Virus record (IMG/VR): IMGVR_UViG_3300014961_000001
Location: 1 to 58,108 of that record
Origin: a virus
DNA: 58,108 bases
Strand: one strand, 5' to 3'
Under the pieces are notes generated by a model. It was not told the origin of the DNA, searched no databases, and was given only the letters and a program-made list of their open reading frames with translations. Of the stretch, positions 53,107-58,108 are shown one piece after another. The translations under genes were made by a program, and so were the position numbers. Position 1 is the stretch's first letter. The number at the start of each line of letters is the position of its first letter.

Positions 53107-53272
53107 CCACTTTCAATATGTGTATCTGGTCATCAAAAAGGTCCATGAAACTGATTTTTCAGCTTCTTGGATCGACAACAAATATGTTTATTCAGATCCC
53201 AGCGTTCAGAAAGCCTGGGATATATACAAAAACGGCATGTTAGCCATAAGGCAATTAAGTCGATCCAATTAA
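53030..53272 (+). CDS. Hypothetical protein (80 aa), overlapping the previous ORF by 77 nt in the +1 frame
   Basis: ORF. Its start is uncertain. Confidence 0.35.
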   Translation: MFSINSKAWQVPDNTSTNPAIREAISHFQYVYLVIKKVHETDFSASWIDNKYVYSDPSVQKAWDIYKNGMLAIRQLSRSN

Positions 53273-53315
53273 CCCCAGCCATTGTGCTGGGTTTTTATGT
53301 GTAAGAGTTTCAAGC

Positions 53316-53723
53316 ATGAATCAGTACGATCAGCACCGTCTAAAAATTAATGAAAATCCATACCGAACTATCTGCCATTCCCTTGGCGGCATCCACAAGG
53401 TTATCCAGATCCTTGAAATACTCACGCCACGTACCGAGTTTTTCGCAATTAGTGCTAACAGGGATGATGATTTAAAGCCGCACCACATCAAGCAATATTG
53501 CTTTACTAAGGGAAATATTAAAATGCTTACGCCTTATTCTCGCGTTTGGTGCTGGTTACACGATAAATCAGAATTATGTTGCCTGGGTGTATATCAGGTT
53601 AATGATTTCCTAGACGGCCTAGAAGACGCAATTAACCACGGCGTATTTGTTCCTGAATATATCTATTTTCAAACAATGGATAGGATTAATGATTTAAGAG
53701 CCAATAAAAAACCCGGTATTTAA
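53316..53723 (+). CDS. Hypothetical protein (135 aa)
   Basis: ORF that ends inside the bidirectional terminator at 53705-53734. Confidence 0.5.
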   Translation: MNQYDQHRLKINENPYRTICHSLGGIHKVIQILEILTPRTEFFAISANRDDDLKPHHIKQYCFTKGNIKMLTPYSRVWCWLHDKSELCCLGVYQVNDFLDGLEDAINHGVFVPEYIYFQTMDRINDLRANKKPGI

Positions 53724-53734
53724 CCGGGTTTTTC
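53705..53734. terminator. Bidirectional intrinsic terminator between convergent genes
   Basis: aacccgg-tatttaa-ccgggtt with an A-run and a T-run flanking it. Confidence 0.8.
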
Positions 53735-53748
53735 TTTACCAATCCATT

Positions 53749-55077
53749 CTATGTAGCCAGAACATTTATACCGTTATCAAGCATCACTCTTACCGGCTTC
53801 ACGTTTTCAGCCATTGCCACCTCAAGTATCTGATCTCTAGTGAGCTTACCACCCTTGGCTACATACTTGGCATACAAAGAATCGGGTAGTTTGAACGGTT
53901 TTTGCGTGGTTTCTTCACTCTCATTGCTCTCAACACCAGAATCGGTAGGCGTATTTTCGCCTGTACTACCCACTACTGGCGTTTTATTAAATTTATTGGG
54001 TGTGAACCCTGCTAACTTTAAAACGTCCAAATACGGCGCAAATAGACGCTTTCTGAAATCACCAGCAATACGTTCTGCCAATACTTCGGTTTTTTGCCCT
54101 GCAATAACCAATTTACCCAGCTCAGAATATCCAGGCTCACCCTTTGAAGCATTCACAGCCAGGCTAGATGAGAACATTTTAATTTGCTCATCTGTCATTT
54201 GATGGACTACAAATTTATCCTCCTTCCTTGTCTTGGTCGCTGGTGTCACATTGATTGTTTCATTGTCGTATCTGTCGTATTCAAATGAAAAAGACATAAT
54301 TTTCCCAGAGCGTCCTTTTTTTGCTACGGCCTTTAACCCTATAAACCCTGTGTGCTTACTGATCTGTGCCACGGATATATTGATTACACGCTTTTTAAAA
54401 TCACTCATTACCGTGTATTCATCAGCCTTAAGTCCATATAACGTGCGGATTTCATCCACCGTAAATGTTGGCTGAAAGTTTGCCCTGCGCCACTTCATTA
54501 AAACTTTATAAAGTCTTATTGCATATTTGCTTTTCAGCCTACCCACCTCGTTTATGTCCAGTAGGGTATATGCTGTTTTAATATTGTATATGTGCGGTAT
54601 AACTGCTGGGGCGAACATCAAAGTAACTTCGCTTTTCCCTTCTTTGGCTAGCTGAAATTCCGCACTTTCCTTGGGCAGCTCAACATCATCAAAGTCGCTA
54701 AACTCATCATACTCCGAAGCAGATGCTTCAATGCTTGTTGAGTGCAACCATCGGCTTCTCATTAGCTTTTTGGTTCCATCTTCACGATCAATAAAGTAGG
54801 TAAATGACCTTTTGTAAATTGTATTTTTTGCTTCACACAACGTATAAAACGCCAATTGACGTGAAAGGCCATATTCTTTAGCAAACTGATCCGCTGTCAG
54901 AATGATTTCTGTTTTTTCATCAAAAGGGATGCCGCGCTCACCCATTTGATTTACAAGCTTACTTGCCAGTAGGATGATTTTTTGTTCACTTGCTTCCATT
55001 CTATACAGTGAGTCAATAAGCGGATTCCCTTGCTTAACAAGGTTCAAATGCTCTATTTCATCAAGAGATAACGTCAT
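53749..55077 (-). CDS. rep: Plasmid replication initiator (Rep_3/RepB-like winged-helix initiator, 442 aa)
   Basis: It lies adjacent to iterons. The N-terminus NLVKQGNPLIDSLYRMEASEQKIILLASKLV and the internal YAIRLYKVLMKWR are typical of iteron-binding initiators. Confidence 0.75.
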   Translation of the reverse strand: MTLSLDEIEHLNLVKQGNPLIDSLYRMEASEQKIILLASKLVNQMGERGIPFDEKTEIILTADQFAKEYGLSRQLAFYTLCEAKNTIYKRSFTYFIDREDGTKKLMRSRWLHSTSIEASASEYDEFSDFDDVELPKESAEFQLAKEGKSEVTLMFAPAVIPHIYNIKTAYTLLDINEVGRLKSKYAIRLYKVLMKWRRANFQPTFTVDEIRTLYGLKADEYTVMSDFKKRVINISVAQISKHTGFIGLKAVAKKGRSGKIMSFSFEYDRYDNETINVTPATKTRKEDKFVVHQMTDEQIKMFSSSLAVNASKGEPGYSELGKLVIAGQKTEVLAERIAGDFRKRLFAPYLDVLKLAGFTPNKFNKTPVVGSTGENTPTDSGVESNESEETTQKPFKLPDSLYAKYVAKGGKLTRDQILEVAMAENVKPVRVMLDNGINVLAT

Positions 55078-55155
55078 TTTTTCTTCCCCATATTTATGAA
55101 GGGAATAATATGTCCTTTTTTAGATATGGTCAAACTATTTTAACGACCTTATCTA

Positions 55156-55290
55156 GTCAAAGAATTGTCCCTATGGAAATACCCTGTCAAAGAATTGTCC
55201 TTAACCAGTCAAAGAATTGTCCCTACCCTGTCAAAGAATTGTCCCTACCCTGTCAAAGAATTGTCCTTAACCGGTCAAAGAATTGTCCCT
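55156..55290. repeat. Origin iterons: six copies of gtcaaagaattgtcc(c/t)t
   Basis: The copies start at 55156, 55186, 55208, 55230, 55252 and 55274. The last five lie on an exact 22-bp register. A degenerate seventh copy (15/17) is at 55552-55568. An AT-rich region at 55380-55720 follows. Confidence 0.9.
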
Positions 55291-55661
55291 ATCACCCCCA
55301 TTGAAAGCCCGTCATATCAATACTCTCAGACCTCTGAAAAGAAGAAAGGTTTTAGAAAGATATTAGAAAGAAGAAAGGAACCAGTTTTTTTATTATAAAT
55401 TTGAATTTTTGAATGTTTATGGACTATTTTTAAACCATTTTCATTGAGATTAATAATTAATCTATCTATAAAAGTGATAAGTGATTTCAGCTTAGGCAAA
55501 TAATATTTATTTATTATAAAACAAATATTTATATTCATTTATATTTTTTCTGTCAAATAAGTGTCCCTATCTAAAGCTACAAGCCTTGCATTGTTTGGAT
55601 ATACAGGTTTAATTAAAAATATAAGCAATTTTTATAATTACTAAGTTTATTTATATTTATC

Positions 55662-55690
55662 TTGAAAACAGTTATGGACTAAATTATATT
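55662..55690 (+). promoter_or_regulatory. Candidate promoter TTGAAA-17-TATATT for the 55.8-57.9 kb operon
   Basis: The -35 is at 55662-55667 and the -10 at 55685-55690. Confidence 0.4.
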
Positions 55691-55826
55691 GTGTCCTTAA
55701 TTGGCTTATATCCATCAAAGTGACGGCAATCACTTCAAAACCACACATAAACGGATCTATCTATATGATGAGCTTTGTTAAGAAGAAATCTAAAATCACC
55801 ATTAATGGCAAAGAGGGTCAATCCTC

Positions 55827-56252
55827 ATGATTACCAATGTTATTAAACCTAAAAAGCCTATGGACGGTTCACGCTGGGAATTGGTCAATCTTGATCAGGA
55901 TCAATTCGGCAATGATCGGTATTACTATGTTCACCCGGAAGGGTTTGTTGCTATTTCTGCTCTGGAAGTGGCAGACGGTATTATTCGCCGGGAATATATA
56001 CCGCAATATCATCTATCAATTTCCAAAGACAAAAAACGCCGCTGCTCAAGCCAAGATGCTCAGTTCATCCTCAAGCAATTTGGATTAAGTGATGCTTTAG
56101 AAGATAACCACGTTCACTCTGGGTTCGTGCGTAATTTCTGGCAACCAGTAGACGAAAATAAAATAAGCATGGAATGTGCTTGTGTGGATTCCGAACCAGC
56201 AATTAAAGAGGATAAGGGCGACTTTATCTGGCGACCAGCACACCAGGATTAA
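55827..56252 (+). CDS. Hypothetical protein (141 aa)
   Basis: ORF, first substantial gene after the origin. Confidence 0.5.
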   Translation: MITNVIKPKKPMDGSRWELVNLDQDQFGNDRYYYVHPEGFVAISALEVADGIIRREYIPQYHLSISKDKKRRCSSQDAQFILKQFGLSDALEDNHVHSGFVRNFWQPVDENKISMECACVDSEPAIKEDKGDFIWRPAHQD

Positions 56253-56260
56253 ATAAAATT

Positions 56261-56515
56261 ATGGTCGATCTAAAAAAAGAACTTCAAGATTTTATAGCTC
56301 AATGTCACCCGGCTGTATTTGAGCGTATTGAATATATGGAAAGTCGAAATCTATTTTTTCCAAAAAGTGAATACTGGGAATCAATGTTGGTTCGCAGTGT
56401 TTGTAATGAAATAGATTTTGGCTGGAAGATGTGGCAGATCCGAGCTGGTATTGCACACACAGAAGTAAACAACGAATACATTTTAATCCCTAAAGGCGGA
56501 AGTCACATACTATGA
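56261..56515 (+). CDS. Hypothetical protein (84 aa)
   Basis: ORF. Confidence 0.5.
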   Translation: MVDLKKELQDFIAQCHPAVFERIEYMESRNLFFPKSEYWESMLVRSVCNEIDFGWKMWQIRAGIAHTEVNNEYILIPKGGSHIL

Positions 56516-57000
56516 ACATTAATCAAATTAAACCAATCCGCCAGCTACCAGAACTCGAAGATCATCAAGAATGGGTTTGTGAGCATGGCTGTGATCATAT
56601 TGAGCCTAAATTATACCGACACGTCTATTCTGAATCATGGGACCGTGAAGGCATAAAGCTTCATGAACTAGCTGAACACTATTACACATGCCAAGATAAT
56701 CATTTACTGGCTGTTATGGATAACAAGAAATATGATTACGTTACCCTACCCGATGAAGCGTACCAGGAACGTCTAGTGCCAGAAGGTTTGACCTTACCAT
56801 ATATCGAAAAACTGATTGCCGAGTTACAGTCAGAAAAAACAAGAATCATCAATAATATGGATTCCGAAACTCAGAAATTATTTAAATTTTCCAAAATCAG
56901 TTTTGAATTAACCTTTAAAAGTGGTGAAGTTTTAGGTGTGGATGAACATTGCCTAAATGAAATTAGAGCGCAATTGCTAGAAAGCGAGATAAAGCCATGA
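56512..57000 (+). CDS. Hypothetical protein (162 aa)
   Basis: ORF with a 4-nt overlap with the upstream gene. Confidence 0.5.
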   Translation: MNINQIKPIRQLPELEDHQEWVCEHGCDHIEPKLYRHVYSESWDREGIKLHELAEHYYTCQDNHLLAVMDNKKYDYVTLPDEAYQERLVPEGLTLPYIEKLIAELQSEKTRIINNMDSETQKLFKFSKISFELTFKSGEVLGVDEHCLNEIRAQLLESEIKP

Positions 57001-57079
57001 ATGGCCGTATTGTGCCAAAACGGATGTTTGAAGCCCTGAATAATTATTTTAAATCACTAATCATCAGAGAATCATAACT

Positions 57080-57364
57080 ATGGAAACTATCCTTGAAACA
57101 GATTGCGTGGAAGTGGTGGATTTGAAAAAGAAGCTCAATAGTCTTTTTGAACACATTGAGCAGCAAAAATTGCCAAACATGCGTCAGGCTGATTGGGCTG
57201 AAAAATCAATTAATCAATTTCTCAAAACAAAAGACGAATCTCACTTGAATCGTGCAATTATCCACCTAAAAGTCATTAAAGGTGAAATTAGCACACGAGA
57301 TCAGATTAATTATGTGATGTACGGTATAGAGATTCCCAAACTAACAAACACTCAGGACTTATAA
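57080..57364 (+). CDS. Hypothetical protein (94 aa)
   Basis: ORF. Confidence 0.5.
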   Translation: METILETDCVEVVDLKKKLNSLFEHIEQQKLPNMRQADWAEKSINQFLKTKDESHLNRAIIHLKVIKGEISTRDQINYVMYGIEIPKLTNTQDL

Positions 57365-57366
57365 CA

Positions 57367-57486
57367 ATGGCTAGACGTTTCGGACGCAATCAAAAACGCG
57401 CTATGCGTAATCAATTTAACGAACAGATTACTAAACAACGTGATCAATATAATGAATTGAAAGCAATTACAGCCTGTAAAAAATAA
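57367..57486 (+). CDS. Small basic protein (39 aa), absent from the ORF track
   Basis: MARRFGRNQKRAMRNQFNEQITKQRDQYNELKAITACKK. It starts 3 nt after the upstream stop. Confidence 0.35.
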   Translation: MARRFGRNQKRAMRNQFNEQITKQRDQYNELKAITACKK

Positions 57487-57511
57487 AACTATTGAAAGAC
57501 TTACTTATACG

Positions 57512-57919
57512 GTGGATCGCACCGCTGACATTCTGGGTGAACACTTCGCCAGCCTTCCGGTAAAAACAAAGGAAGTTGAAGAAATACGTGAGCGTTATGA
57601 ATACCCAAAAAGACAAACATCACGTTTTTGTTTTGGTGATAGCAGTGCAGCCATGAACTTTGTTCAACATGCACTGTGCTATATCGACACGTATCAGGCA
57701 GATGCAAAAATAGATGAACTATCCGGTGCTATGCACATGCGCTATAAATCTATTTCTGGCAATGTCGCCTATGGCGTATCAGAAGAAGCCTGGCGTAGAC
57801 TTCCGGAAAAATTACTGGTGACAAAGTTTGTTGATGAGATTTCATTGGATATGGCTGTACATCTGGTGCGTGAACGTAAGAAAGCACTAGCCAACACATA
57901 TCACCTGGCAAGAAATTAA
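57512..57919 (+). CDS. Hypothetical protein (135 aa, GTG start)
   Basis: ORF followed by a UUCG-loop terminator. Confidence 0.5.
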   Translation: MDRTADILGEHFASLPVKTKEVEEIRERYEYPKRQTSRFCFGDSSAAMNFVQHALCYIDTYQADAKIDELSGAMHMRYKSISGNVAYGVSEEAWRRLPEKLLVTKFVDEISLDMAVHLVRERKKALANTYHLARN

Positions 57920-57931
57920 ATAAAAAATAGC

Positions 57932-57955
57932 TACCGCTTCGGCGGTACTTATTTT
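57932..57955 (+). terminator. Intrinsic terminator (taccgc-ttcg-gcggta followed by cttatttt)
   Basis: Read directly. Confidence 0.7.
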
Positions 57956-57965
57956 GCCTATAAAA

Positions 57966-57993
57966 ATGCCCTAAAATACATATTTTAGGGCAT
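57966..57993. repeat. 28-bp inverted repeat atgccctaaaata-ca-tattttagggcat (13-2-13, or 10-8-10)
   Basis: Read directly. On the circle it lies about 300 bp upstream of the recombinase gene. Confidence 0.9.
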
Positions 57994-58031
57994 TATTGAT
58001 TTTACAGGATAAAGAGCAACAACTTTTACCG

Positions 58032-58108
58032 ACCTTTAGGCACTCAATTCGATTTTATTCTTCTGATATATTTTGCCAGTCAATAAAAGTGTAGATATTA
58101 CATAAGTA
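58032..58108. repeat. Terminal overlap copy 2 (identical to 1-77)
   Basis: Direct comparison. Confidence 0.95.

Larger units (their letters stand above)
1..58031. mobile_element. Complete circular phage-plasmid unit (podovirus-like virion genes plus Rep/iteron and ParA plasmid backbone)
   Basis: The exact 77-bp overlap between the window ends implies circularity. A full packaging, virion and lysis set coexists with Rep plus iterons and ParA. No large arm-binding integrase was seen. Confidence 0.7.

Noticed and set aside
55156-55290. Regularly spaced short repeats that could be mistaken for a CRISPR array
   Set aside because: The repeats are 17 bp on a 22-bp register, so the spacers would be only 5 bp. 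No cas genes are present. The array abuts a Rep initiator and an AT-rich region, which is the classic iteron origin layout.
57966-57993. 28-bp palindrome as an N15-type telomere-resolution (telRL) site
   Set aside because: No protelomerase-like gene is present, and the replicon closes as a circle. A recombinase core site or a terminator is more plausible.

Overview
The window is one complete circular replicon of about 58,031 bp. Bases 1-77 are repeated exactly at 58032-58108, which looks like an assembler overlap. It reads as a temperate phage-plasmid.

Plasmid backbone:
- A Rep initiator sits next to six 17-bp iterons on a 22-bp register, followed by an AT-rich stretch.
- A type-Ib ParA and a small partner protein lie behind a repeat-laden promoter.
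- A 193-aa tyrosine recombinase consists of the catalytic domain only.

Phage content:
- The minus strand carries a podovirus-like late module: small and large terminase, portal, scaffold, capsid, decoration protein, connector proteins, fibres, and internal or ejection proteins that include a lytic transglycosylase and a 3709-aa polyvalent protein.
- There is also a lysis cassette, a CI-like repressor switch, a Sak4-like ATPase with a DnaQ-like exonuclease, a dCMP deaminase and a tRNA-Arg(UCU).

Main findings:
1. A complete diversity-generating retroelement sits inside the tail module (target, avd, TR, RT). TR and VR are 112 bp and differ at 12 positions, every one an adenine of TR on the coding strand.
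2. An ORF-less promoter-to-terminator unit at 43.3-43.45 kb would give a roughly 94-nt RNA. It has a perfect 16-nt complement to the Shine-Dalgarno region of the CI-like repressor mRNA.
3. The giant protein, presumably injected, carries an N6-adenine methyltransferase, an HExxH motif and a possible H-Y-E ADP-ribosyltransferase segment.
4. A DUF2829 (Tad2-type) gene lies next to a WDGH-type gene.
5. An AT-rich moron island and a conserved intergenic motif are also present.

Limits: all alignments and motif calls were made by eye and no database search was possible. Many small early genes remain functionally unassigned. A guess that the host is Acinetobacter or another Moraxellaceae member is low confidence.
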